A stretch of 52,696 bases of DNA, from contig JBJTQJ010000037.1 in the NCBI GenBank assembly GCA_046075565.1, positions 1 to 52,696 of the forward strand, given 5' to 3'. A program made the translations under genes and the position numbers. This DNA is from Verrucomicrobiales bacterium (GTDB taxonomy: Bacteria; Verrucomicrobiota; Verrucomicrobiia; Verrucomicrobiales; SLCJ01). The notes beneath the pieces are model-generated. The model worked only from the letters and a program-made list of their open reading frames with translations, was not told the origin of the DNA and did not search any database. Below, piece by piece: positions 19,824 to 28,326 of this stretch; position 1 is the first letter of the stretch, and every line of letters starts with the position of its first letter.

Positions 19824-21230
19824 ATGCAAGGATCACGACAAAAAATCCAAATTCGCCTGCTCCAAGTCGTTGACGGCCTGCTGGTTCTCCTTGCGTTCTG
19901 GGCATCCCGGGTCATTCGTGACTATCTTGGTGCCCAGGGGTATTTGCCTTTCAATGGCACTCTCGGTGCGGACCTCGCCGATATTGCCTGGATTTTGGCC
20001 ATTGTCGTGCCGCTCAGCCCTCTTGTTCTGCAACGTTACGGCTTCTACGACTATCCCTTGGAGAAACGGCGCTGGGATTCTTTGCGCCAGATGTTCCAGA
20101 CCATGTTGGTCCTGACGGTTTTGGTCGCCATGGGTGTGGTGTTCGCTCGTTTTGCTCCGTCCAGCCGGCTTACCTTGGCAGGGGCCGTGCCGTTGGGGGT
20201 GACATTCCTGCTTCTGCGGGAACGAGCAACCCGCTGGTATCTGCGCCGCTATCTCTTGGCCGAAGGAAAACTGGAGACCGTAATCTTCGCGGGCAATCTC
20301 GATGACATCGCGGCGATGAAGAACAAACTGTCTCCGGGTGTGCTTTCCGCCTGGCGGGTGGTGGAAGTCTTCGACTTGCAGTTGCGCGACCTCGGGGAAT
20401 TACCGGATATCCTGCACCAGCACAATGTCGGACGCGTGATTTTCGCCGCCGGGCATACCTCCTTCGACAAGGTGCAAGAAGCCGTCCAGACCTGCGAGGT
20501 CGAGGGGGTCGAATCGTGGATTTACGCGAATTTCCTCAAGACAAGTGTCGCGCGCCCGACTTTTGACTTTCTGGGCAACCAACCCATGCTCGTTTTCCGC
20601 ACGACCCCGGAGGTTTCCTGGTCGATGCTCGGCAAAGAGGTTTTTGATCGCACGGCGGCGTTTGTCGCCCTGGTGATCTTCGCCATCCCGATGTTGGTTA
20701 TCGCCGGTTTGATCAAATGCATGAGTCCCGGACCGGCCATTTTCAAACAAGCCCGCAGTGGACGGCACGGCAAACCCTTCACCATGCTGAAGTTCCGCTC
20801 CATGCACAACAATGCCGAGCAACAACTTGCCGAGATCAAGGCCATGACCGGCAATGAAATGAGCGGCCCCGTTTTCAAATTGGAAAAAGATCCCCGGGTT
20901 TTTCCCTTCGGCCGTTGGTTGCGAAAGCTAAGTCTGGACGAACTACCCCAGTTCATCAACGTGCTCATGGGCGATATGAGTATCGTCGGTCCGCGCCCTC
21001 TCCCCACCTACGAGGTGGACGAATTCACCGACTTCTCCCACCGTCGCCGTTTGAGTGTGAAACCGGGCCTGACTTGCCTTTGGCAGGTGAGCGGACGCAA
21101 TTCCATTACCCGCTTCGAGGATTGGATTAAACTCGATCTTGAATACATCGACAATTGGTCGCTCGGGCTTGATTTCCTCATCCTGCTCAAGACGATTCCG
21201 GTGGTGCTCCTGGGCAAGGGGGCGAAGTGA
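19824..21230 (+). CDS. Polyprenyl glycosylphosphotransferase (priming sugar transferase, WcaJ/WbaP-like)
   Basis: N-terminal TMs; KFRSM, DPRVFPFGRWLRKLSLDELPQFINVLMGDMSIVGPRP, KPGLT..QVSGR, DLEYIDNWS. Confidence 0.95.
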   Translation: MQGSRQKIQIRLLQVVDGLLVLLAFWASRVIRDYLGAQGYLPFNGTLGADLADIAWILAIVVPLSPLVLQRYGFYDYPLEKRRWDSLRQMFQTMLVLTVLVAMGVVFARFAPSSRLTLAGAVPLGVTFLLLRERATRWYLRRYLLAEGKLETVIFAGNLDDIAAMKNKLSPGVLSAWRVVEVFDLQLRDLGELPDILHQHNVGRVIFAAGHTSFDKVQEAVQTCEVEGVESWIYANFLKTSVARPTFDFLGNQPMLVFRTTPEVSWSMLGKEVFDRTAAFVALVIFAIPMLVIAGLIKCMSPGPAIFKQARSGRHGKPFTMLKFRSMHNNAEQQLAEIKAMTGNEMSGPVFKLEKDPRVFPFGRWLRKLSLDELPQFINVLMGDMSIVGPRPLPTYEVDEFTDFSHRRRLSVKPGLTCLWQVSGRNSITRFEDWIKLDLEYIDNWSLGLDFLILLKTIPVVLLGKGAK

Positions 21231-22446
21231 TTTTGCCATGCTTTTTCGGCTGACCGTTGCGCCATTTTCTCCACATCGCCACCATCAGGAGCCCGCACCC
21301 GATGCCGAGCGCGTTGACGGCAAGGTCTTCCATGTCCTCCCCTTCAAACCCGAAGCCGAAAGCTGTCTGCATTGCCTCCGAGCTGATGCCCAATATCGCC
21401 ACGGGAATCCAGCCTCGGGTTGAATGGAAAATGGCCACAAACGCGAGCGTCAGGGCGACAAATGTGCCCAGGTGCATCAGGCCCCTGGCTTTCTCTTTCG
21501 CCCAGCGGTAGGTCTCCCAGAACCAACCATCTTTGACTGCTGCGGGCACGGGCAAGTTGACGGCGGGAACGGGCGATGCCGCAACGGGAGTGTTCGGAGC
21601 GGATGGGCTTTCTGCCGTCGGTTCTCCGATTGAACTTGCCGGCTTTGTCGCCAACGCTGAGGTGTGGTCGATGGCAAAGGGACCGCCCAGTGGCCGCAAC
21701 GGTTCCCACGGTCCAGGTAGCACCAAGGCCCAAAATACGACTAGTGCCAGTGTGGCCGCCCCCAAGGGCCGCCGGATCCCTGATTGCCCAATGAGTAGGC
21801 GGAAGAGAAACGTCCACCAGACACCAACTCCCATCAACAATCCCGCCGTGGCCCACGGCACCCACGTCCTCATTGTCACCGGGCAAATCTCCAGGCTATG
21901 GAGGACGATTTCGCCCGATTTTCCAGCTTGTTGGAGGAATATCGAGGCCTCGCCCGGTTCATTCAAGACCGCTAGGAATTCATTTTCAAAGGTCCCGCTT
22001 CCGTAGGCGAACAACAACCCGTAGTGCTTTTCGCGGAGTATCCCTTTTTCGTCTCTCCAGATGACCATGATGCGCGCGCTTTGCCATATTTCGTCGCCGG
22101 GGACGATTTCCTTGGCTACGCCCCGGAACCGGATATGCGCCGCCGAGCCCTCGGGCCAGCCTTGCAGGGGAATTTCGTAGCTGGGCGAGGGGAGGCCTTG
22201 ATCGGCTCGAAGCGTCAGTGTCCCTGCGGACCCGTCCCAATCGACTGATTCCGCTCTCATGAGGGGCCGACCCGGGGGCTGGGGCCCCGGGTCGAGAGTG
22301 ATACGCGAGACCTTTTCAGAAACCGCCCAGGCATTTTTCCACAACCATCCGACGGCCACGACCAACAGGACGAGGAGACAGAGATGAAGCAGGAGCCGGA
22401 CAGGTCGCACGGGCGGGGAGATAACCCCGACTGCCCCGGAAATCAA
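21187..22446 (-). CDS. Membrane protein with C-terminal VanZ-like domain (start uncertain, possibly GTG 22410)
   Basis: C-terminal MHLGTF..SEAMQ..DLAVNALG pattern typical of VanZ; N-terminal TM plus soluble domain. Confidence 0.65.
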   Translation of the reverse strand: MISGAVGVISPPVRPVRLLLHLCLLVLLVVAVGWLWKNAWAVSEKVSRITLDPGPQPPGRPLMRAESVDWDGSAGTLTLRADQGLPSPSYEIPLQGWPEGSAAHIRFRGVAKEIVPGDEIWQSARIMVIWRDEKGILREKHYGLLFAYGSGTFENEFLAVLNEPGEASIFLQQAGKSGEIVLHSLEICPVTMRTWVPWATAGLLMGVGVWWTFLFRLLIGQSGIRRPLGAATLALVVFWALVLPGPWEPLRPLGGPFAIDHTSALATKPASSIGEPTAESPSAPNTPVAASPVPAVNLPVPAAVKDGWFWETYRWAKEKARGLMHLGTFVALTLAFVAIFHSTRGWIPVAILGISSEAMQTAFGFGFEGEDMEDLAVNALGIGCGLLMVAMWRKWRNGQPKKHGKITSPPCPGAPPESS

Positions 22447-22514
22447 CTCCCTCCCATCCGTTCTTGCGGAATGAGGTGGTCGACGTTACAGGTTGGTTCC
22501 AATTTCAAGCACCC

Positions 22515-23510
22515 ATGTCCACTGGCCTGACCTACAAAGAATCCGGAGTTGATATCAAAGAAGCCGCCGCCCTCGTGGGCGATATCGGGGAACTCCGCCG
22601 GCGGACGGAAAAAAACCGCAAATTGCACCAGGCTTTCGGTCTTTTCGCGGCCAGCTACGACCTCAGCGCTTACAAGGAACCCGTGATTGTCACCGGATGT
22701 GATGGCGTAGGCACAAAAATGGAACTCTGCCTCGAACACGATCAACTTGAAACGGCCGGCAAGGACCTCGTTGCCATGAACGTGAACGACATCCTGACCA
22801 CCGGTGGTGACCCCTTGCTTTTCCTCGACTACATCGGCATCGGACGTATCGACAAAACCCGCATCGCCCGCCTCATCGCGGGTATGGTCGAATGGCTCGA
22901 GGATTGCAATTGTATCCTCGCCGGTGGTGAAACCGCGGAGATGCCCGGCATCGTGCCTGATGGAGTGATTGAGTTGAGTGGATTCTGTATCGGCGCTGCG
23001 GAAAAACCCGACCTGCTCGACCCGGAAACCGTCGCACCCGGAGATGCCGTCATCGGCTACCCGTCGAATGGATTCCACGCCAATGGTTGGTCACTCGTGC
23101 GGCGTGTGCTCGCGTCTTTCCCCGATGACTTCACCAAGCAGGAAATTGTCTCCCTGCTCACACCCACGCGGCTTTACCATGATGTCACCGGCGACCTGCG
23201 CAAAGCCGGACTTCGTCCGAAAGCCATGGCCCACATCACCGGAGGCGGTTTGGTCGAGAATCTCGAACGTTTCCTCGGCGAAAAAGGTGCCGACCTGCTC
23301 ATTCCGAAAGTGGAGGATCCGGTCATCCAAAAAGTGCTCGCCCGCGTGGATCAGCATGACCGATTCGATACTTTCAACATGGGCATCGGATGGGTCGTGA
23401 TCTGCGATCCCGCCTGCGAAGCCGACGCCCTCAAGGCCGGCCCCGGTGGCAAGCGCATCGGCACCATTCGGGCCGGTCGCGGCATCAAAGTCGCGGTCGA
23501 AGGAGAGTGA
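22515..23510 (+). CDS. purM: Phosphoribosylformylglycinamidine cyclo-ligase
   Basis: TYKESGVD, DGVGTK, DLVAMNVND, GGETAEMPG, HITGGG, TFNMGIG. Confidence 0.97.
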   Translation: MSTGLTYKESGVDIKEAAALVGDIGELRRRTEKNRKLHQAFGLFAASYDLSAYKEPVIVTGCDGVGTKMELCLEHDQLETAGKDLVAMNVNDILTTGGDPLLFLDYIGIGRIDKTRIARLIAGMVEWLEDCNCILAGGETAEMPGIVPDGVIELSGFCIGAAEKPDLLDPETVAPGDAVIGYPSNGFHANGWSLVRRVLASFPDDFTKQEIVSLLTPTRLYHDVTGDLRKAGLRPKAMAHITGGGLVENLERFLGEKGADLLIPKVEDPVIQKVLARVDQHDRFDTFNMGIGWVVICDPACEADALKAGPGGKRIGTIRAGRGIKVAVEGE

Positions 23511-23519
23511 GCCTGCCAC

Positions 23520-24269
23520 TCACGCTGGTTTGACGATGTAGTCGCCCTTGTCGTTGGTGATTTGGGGCAGGCGTTTTGTCTCTTCGAAAAGCCGCCACGC
23601 GGGTTCGAGCTGTTGCCAGAATGCGAGATGCGCGGCTTCTTCCGCGCTTTTCTCGGCCTTTGTCATCCGGCTTGGCTTCATACGGAAGGGGAAACAATGG
23701 ATGGGCACCTCGGTTTGGCCTTGCGCGATGGCCATGGAGACGAGCGTATAGATTTCCTCGATCACGGGATCGGTCATGGCATAACAACCGATCGAGTAAA
23801 CCGAGCCATGCACCATGATTAGATTGCCGGTCAAGTTGAGGGCCCGGTCGCGGGCGTTCGGATAGTTGATATCAAAGGAAAGATGGAAACGCGATTCCGG
23901 ATTGAGGCTGTCGCGATTGGTATAGTAAAATCCCTCCGGAGTCTGGCCGTCGCCCATTTCCTTCTTCGGACCGAGTTTGCCCGACCAGCGCGCGATTTTC
24001 CATTCCTTGAAAAGTTTCCACTCCTCGGATGTTGGCGGTCTCATCCACAATTCCATCTCCGAAGATTCCTTGAAAAACCGCAAATGCACCGGCTCACCGG
24101 GAGCGAGTCCCTTTTTCGCCAGATCTTCCCGCAATTTCGGAAGGATACGCTTCACTACCGCAATGGCGCGGGCATGGTTTTTCTTGCGAGGGGAGGGGCC
24201 CGCTCCCTCCGCGCAACTGGAGAGGGCGGCATTGGCGGCGGCAAGGGAGAGAAAATCGCGGCGGCGCAT
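23520..24269 (-). CDS. Murein L,D-transpeptidase family protein (YafK/DpaA-like), Tat lipoprotein
   Basis: MRRRDFL..LSSC; GPKKEMGDGQTPEGFY, LNPESRFHLSFDINYPN, IMVHG..SIGCYAM. Confidence 0.9.
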   Translation of the reverse strand: MRRRDFLSLAAANAALSSCAEGAGPSPRKKNHARAIAVVKRILPKLREDLAKKGLAPGEPVHLRFFKESSEMELWMRPPTSEEWKLFKEWKIARWSGKLGPKKEMGDGQTPEGFYYTNRDSLNPESRFHLSFDINYPNARDRALNLTGNLIMVHGSVYSIGCYAMTDPVIEEIYTLVSMAIAQGQTEVPIHCFPFRMKPSRMTKAEKSAEEAAHLAFWQQLEPAWRLFEETKRLPQITNDKGDYIVKPA

Positions 24270-24363
24270 CGTGGAGGGGAATCTGGCGGAAAGGTTCCAC
24301 GACCCGCGGTCGGAAGCAAGGCTCATCCGGCGTTGGGAAATGCGAAATTTCCGCAGCTTTGTC

Positions 24364-24392
24364 TTGCCAGTTCAGCGCGGATGGGGCAGTAT
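24364..24392 (+). promoter_or_regulatory. Candidate sigma70-type promoter for the 6S RNA
   Basis: TTGCCA-N17-CAGTAT just upstream of the RNA. Confidence 0.4.
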
Positions 24393-24399
24393 CGTGGCT

Positions 24400-24592
24400 G
24401 TGCTTCGGCACCCTACCTGCGGTGTTCGCGACTTCGTGGGACACAAAGGCCCGGACCGTTATATCCATTACGGGAGGCACCTCCATTCCTTTGACGCCAG
24501 GCCTTCACTGGACGGCGGAAACCATGGAAATTGGAAGCCTCCCACCTACGGAGCTCTAGGGAACGTGAGCCAATCGCCCACCGGCGGCATTG
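24400..24592 (+). ncRNA. ssrS: Probable 6S RNA
   Basis: About 190 nt non-coding; closing stem CCUGCGGUG.UUCGCG / CGUGAG..CACCGGCGG; central bubble CCCGGACCGUUAUAUCCAUUAC; apical stem GGGAGGC/GCCUCCC then CACCU..AGGG as in known 6S RNAs; terminator follows; ends approximate. Confidence 0.75.
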
Positions 24593-24597
24593 CGGGG

Positions 24598-24627
24598 CCG
24601 CTCCGGATTCTTCCGGAGCGGTTTTTT
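24598..24627 (+). terminator. Intrinsic terminator
   Basis: CCGCTCCGGA-TTCT-TCCGGAGCGG hairpin followed by TTTTTT. Confidence 0.85.
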
Positions 24628-24645
24628 CGTTTCCGGGCATGTCCA

Positions 24646-24720
24646 TCAACCCTTCGGGAGCAAAGCCAGAAGTTCCTCGTGTGGACGCGCGATCACATGG
24701 GCGGCGATCAATCCCGGTTT
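24646..24720 (-). pseudogene. 3' remnant of a BMC hexamer shell protein gene (PduA/EutM-like)
   Basis: Translates to ..GLIAAHVIARPHEELLALLPKG*, matching the BMC-H C-terminal HVIPRPH..(L)LPKG motif; not in the ORF track. Confidence 0.65.
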
Positions 24721-25322
24721 GGTCGCTCCTTCGGCCCAGGTGACATTCAAATCGGCGAAGGTTCCTTGTTTGACCATGGCGTAGAACATGAATCCCGGAA
24801 CAACGAAGAGGAAAACGGGGAGAATCTTAATTGGCGCTGCAAACAGCGGACCAACCCGGGCGTGGTTTTATCCTTTGCTCCAAGCACCCGCTGCACAATG
24901 GTCTGGTCGGCGCACCAATACCAGATGCCGAGCACGGGGTAGCCGAGGAAAATCGCATACCACGGCATCCCGCTGGCGTCACCGCTGGGACGGAGCATCG
25001 AGAGCATGTTCTTTTCAGCAGGCATCTGCAAAGCAGCGACGAGGTGCGACCATCCGCCAGCCACTCCCTGGTCGCCGCCGAGCACCTTGAAGGAAAACCA
25101 TGTAATCAGCGCCGCGCCCAACAAAAGCACCACCGTTTCCACCCTTTCCGTAAAAACCACCGCCATGAGCCCGCCCACCACCACATAGAGCGCCGTCCCG
25201 ACCGCGATCACGACGATGCTGACCCATGGATTGACGCCGAAGAGCCCGCTCAGCACGATGGCACCGGTAAGAAGCGAAAATCCGATGTGGATGATGATCG
25301 CGGAAATCACCGAAAAGACCGC
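24721..25322 (-). pseudogene. Internal fragment of a sodium:solute symporter (SSS) with a frameshift near 24869
   Basis: GGLMAVVFTE, PWYAIFLG..IWYWCADQTIVQRVLGAKD, then shifted frame NHARVGPLFAAPIKILPVFLFVVPG. Confidence 0.85.
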
Positions 25323-26156
25323 GAGGATGTCATCCGGATGTGTGGGTTCCTCAATCCAGAGCAAATTGAACTCGGCTGACCTGCGTCCAAACTCGAGAGA
25401 GCGCTCTAGTGTCCATTGCTGGTTGCAGTCCACCATCACGGTGGCGTCCGCACCCGCGCCCTCGCGCACGAGGGCGGTCCGGCGCAGATCCACCTCCATG
25501 TCCGGTGCTCCGACCTTGAGTTTCATGGCCGTGAATCCGGCGTCCACCGAGGCGCGCACGTTCTCTCGGATCTGCCCGTCGGTGTAGTTGAACCAGCCAA
25601 TGGAGGTATCGTAACCCGGATAGCCGGTCTTGAGAATGCCCTCGCGATCCTTGCGGAAACTGCGTTCGTTTTCTATAAGTGTGGCCGCGTCAACGAGGGA
25701 GAGTTCGTCCTCCACGTAGCTGAAATCCATGGTGGCGAGGAGCGCTTTTGTTTCCAAATCGAGAAGGAGTTGCCAGAGCGGGACACCTCGTTTTTTCGCC
25801 CAGAGATCCCAGCAGGCATTGGTCACGGATGCGAGGGCGAGATGAACCAAGCCTTTGTGCGGACCGGGCCACCGGTATTGCTGTTCGTTGGCCATCGCGC
25901 GCTGAATGTTCCCGAAATCGGCCATGATTTCCTCGATGTCCCGCCCCTGCAGCCGTTGGGCGAGGAAGAGCGCGGCCTCGCAAACCAGATTGTTCCCGGC
26001 TCCCAGGGTGAAGGCCCAACCGCTGCCACAATGTCCCGAGCTGTCTTGCAGCAGGGTGACGGCATACGAATACTTTGGATCCTTGTGGATGGCGTCCGAG
26101 CCGGCCTGGGTGCCGATGTCATACCTGAGATCGCGAGTGCGGATGGACGTGATCAT
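25323..26156 (-). pseudogene. 5' portion (~278 codons) of L-fuconate dehydratase-like enolase-superfamily enzyme, fused in frame to the SSS fragment
   Basis: GSDAIHKDPKYSYA, WPGPHKGLVHLA, NACWDLWAK, YDTSIGW, KLKVG, VDCNQQW, WIEEPTHPDDIL, then abrupt switch to TM sequence. Confidence 0.85.
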
Positions 26157-26192
26157 CGGCGGTGGAAAATGGGAAAGGGGCGTGGGGGCAAT

Positions 26193-26957
26193 CTATCGCC
26201 GGTAGCCGATTTCCGCTCCGCCGCTCACATGGAGAATGTGACCGGTGATGAAGCGGGCCATATCGGAAAGCAGGAAAACACAAGGGTCGGCAATGGCGTC
26301 GCCTTCCGGACACGGCCCAAGCGGGTGGATGTCATCGAGATACTGCTCGATGCCCGATGGGTCATCCTGGTCGCGGCACCATTCGCGCAGCATGGGGGTC
26401 CATGAGCCGGCTGGGCAAACTGCGTTCACGCGAATGCCGTCGGCGGCATAATCCAAGGCCATGGATTTCGTGAGAGTGTTCATCGCCCCTTTCGTCGCCG
26501 TGTAGGCGGCATGGTTCGCTTGCCCTATCACACCGACGAGGCTGGATGTGTTTAAAATGCTGCCGCGGTTTTTCTTGAGGGCGGCAAAAGCATGGGTCGT
26601 CGTATGCAGGACGGACCGTAGATTGATAGCGAAAAGTTTTTCCCATTCCTTCGCGCTCGTCTCGTGCAGTGGTTTGCTCGGGCTGGCAGTGCCTGCGTTG
26701 TTATGCACCGCGTCGATGCGGCCGAAGGTGTCCAGCACTTTCGCCATGGCCGCCGCCACTTCGTCTTCGATCGCCACATCACACGGGATGCCGAGATGGA
26801 GCGGACCGAGTTGCTTAACAGCGGCCGCCACCTTGTCGGCTGAACGGGCGAGGATGGCTACCCGCGCTCCATGGTGATGGTAGGCCTTGGCGCATTCCTA
26901 GCCAATGCCCTCGGAGCCGCCCGTGAGAACGATGATTTTGTTTTCCAGCAGTCCCAT
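26193..26957 (-). pseudogene. SDR oxidoreductase (L-fucose dehydrogenase/HSD17B14-like) with in-frame TAG at 26898-26900
   Basis: MGLLENKIIVLTGGSEGIG*ECAKAY is in frame with the tracked ORF; NNAG, SSLVG.IGQA, YTATK, SGGAEIGY. Confidence 0.85.
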
Positions 26958-27023
26958 GGTAACGACCCTACCAGTTCCTTTGCCCGCCGCCTTCCGCAAG
27001 CGGGAATTCCGCCCCCGTGAGCG

Positions 27024-28214
27024 TCACTTGGCGAAGGCTTTCTCGATTTCAGCAAGGCTTACCCCCAGAGTCTTGCGGGCGATGGGGTCGAGCGCCTCCT
27101 TTGGACCGGTGAAATGAAGGGTCGTCTGCCGGTGCTCGTGCGAGGCTCCCGGCGCGAGGGCGAGCGCGGGGCTGGAGGTTTCGAGTTCAAAAAATGGCCC
27201 CAGAGGCTTCGCACCCGGCTCGGGCGGTCCGTCGTTGTAGGCATTGATCACATCGCCCGCGTAAGGGTCTCCATTTTCCTTCCATTGCGAATCGACGTAA
27301 GGAAGTGAACTCGCGTCGGCGGGCATTGCAGTGTGCACGAGCGTTAGGACTCCGATGTCCGATTGCCAGCATCCGCTGAAAGGCAGGGCGAGCGAGGGCG
27401 GAACTCCAAGTTTGCCCCGCGCCTTGCCATCGCCCTTGAAGAAAAGATGGTCTCCTTTGACGATGGCGCGGTCCGGGGGAATCTGCCCGAAACCAGTGTA
27501 GTTCGTGTTGGGAGCCCCGCTGCCGCCGGATTTTAGAGGTAGCACGAGAATGCTACCCTCCGAAGGCGGGAACATGCCGAGCATCCAGATGGAAATGAGC
27601 CCGCTTTCTTTTTTCCAAGCCGCCTCGCCGGTATTCGTCACCCGGTTTTCCGTCCGATAGGCGACGGCACCAATCTCCGCGCCGGGTGAAATGCCGAGCG
27701 TTTTCTCGATTTCTTCCTTGTCGAGGATTTTCACCTCGCGTCGGATGGCGAAGGAAAAGGATGAGCCGGCGCGGTTGGAAAGGCGGGCGGTATGAGTGAA
27801 AACAGCGGAGGACTCGGAGGAGACCTCGACGGAGAACGGTTCGGTGTCGATCAAGGCGGGGGTCTTCCAATGGGCGAACTCTTGCGGCACGCCCGGCGGG
27901 AAAAACAAGGAATACGGTCCACCCTCCGGTCCGAACCAGAGGCGCTCTTCACCACCAAAGACATGGATGTGTTTCGCCAGTCCTTCCCGCTTGGCTTCGG
28001 GTTGAATCCCAGCGGCGATGTTTTCCCGGTGCAACCATCCCAGCGAGCGGCCCTTTTCCGCATCCGTGGTGCTCGTCATCACCCGGCCTTGCCAGTCCGG
28101 AACCACGGCCACCCTGGCCGCGCCCGATTTCAACTCAACGACCTTGACATGTTTGCGCAAATACTCGAGGTCTTCGGAATACTGGACGATGGGTGGTGGG
28201 GTATCGGCTGCCAT
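27024..28214 (-). CDS. DUF6786-like protein
   Basis: VAVVPDWQGRVMTST, GGEERLWFGPEGG.YS.FF, SIWMLGMF, YNDGP..GPFFELETSSPA. Confidence 0.75.
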   Translation of the reverse strand: MAADTPPPIVQYSEDLEYLRKHVKVVELKSGAARVAVVPDWQGRVMTSTTDAEKGRSLGWLHRENIAAGIQPEAKREGLAKHIHVFGGEERLWFGPEGGPYSLFFPPGVPQEFAHWKTPALIDTEPFSVEVSSESSAVFTHTARLSNRAGSSFSFAIRREVKILDKEEIEKTLGISPGAEIGAVAYRTENRVTNTGEAAWKKESGLISIWMLGMFPPSEGSILVLPLKSGGSGAPNTNYTGFGQIPPDRAIVKGDHLFFKGDGKARGKLGVPPSLALPFSGCWQSDIGVLTLVHTAMPADASSLPYVDSQWKENGDPYAGDVINAYNDGPPEPGAKPLGPFFELETSSPALALAPGASHEHRQTTLHFTGPKEALDPIARKTLGVSLAEIEKAFAK

Positions 28215-28326
28215 GAGCTTTTCATAGTCAATGCGGAGCGGTTTGGCAAGCCGAACTATCGGGTGTCGTCATTTTCCAAACCCATCCCACGTGGATGTGC
28301 GGGTTAGGTCCGGCGAGACCGGCTTT

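Noticed and set aside
24400-24592. tmRNA, RNase P RNA or riboswitch
   Set aside because: Too short, no tRNA-like ends or tag ORF, no RNase P consensus, and no downstream co-oriented gene; the rod with central bubble fits 6S better
24747-26156. Functional dehydratase-transporter fusion protein
   Set aside because: Both halves are truncated and the transporter part is frameshifted
26898-26900. Amber (TAG) recoding or pyrrolysine readthrough, prompted by in-frame TAGs in the SDR and before purU
   Set aside because: TAG is the genuine stop of acpS, tadA, the FAD oxidoreductase and a sulfatase; no pyl genes are seen; neighbouring lesions include TAA, a frameshift and deletions, which points to decay
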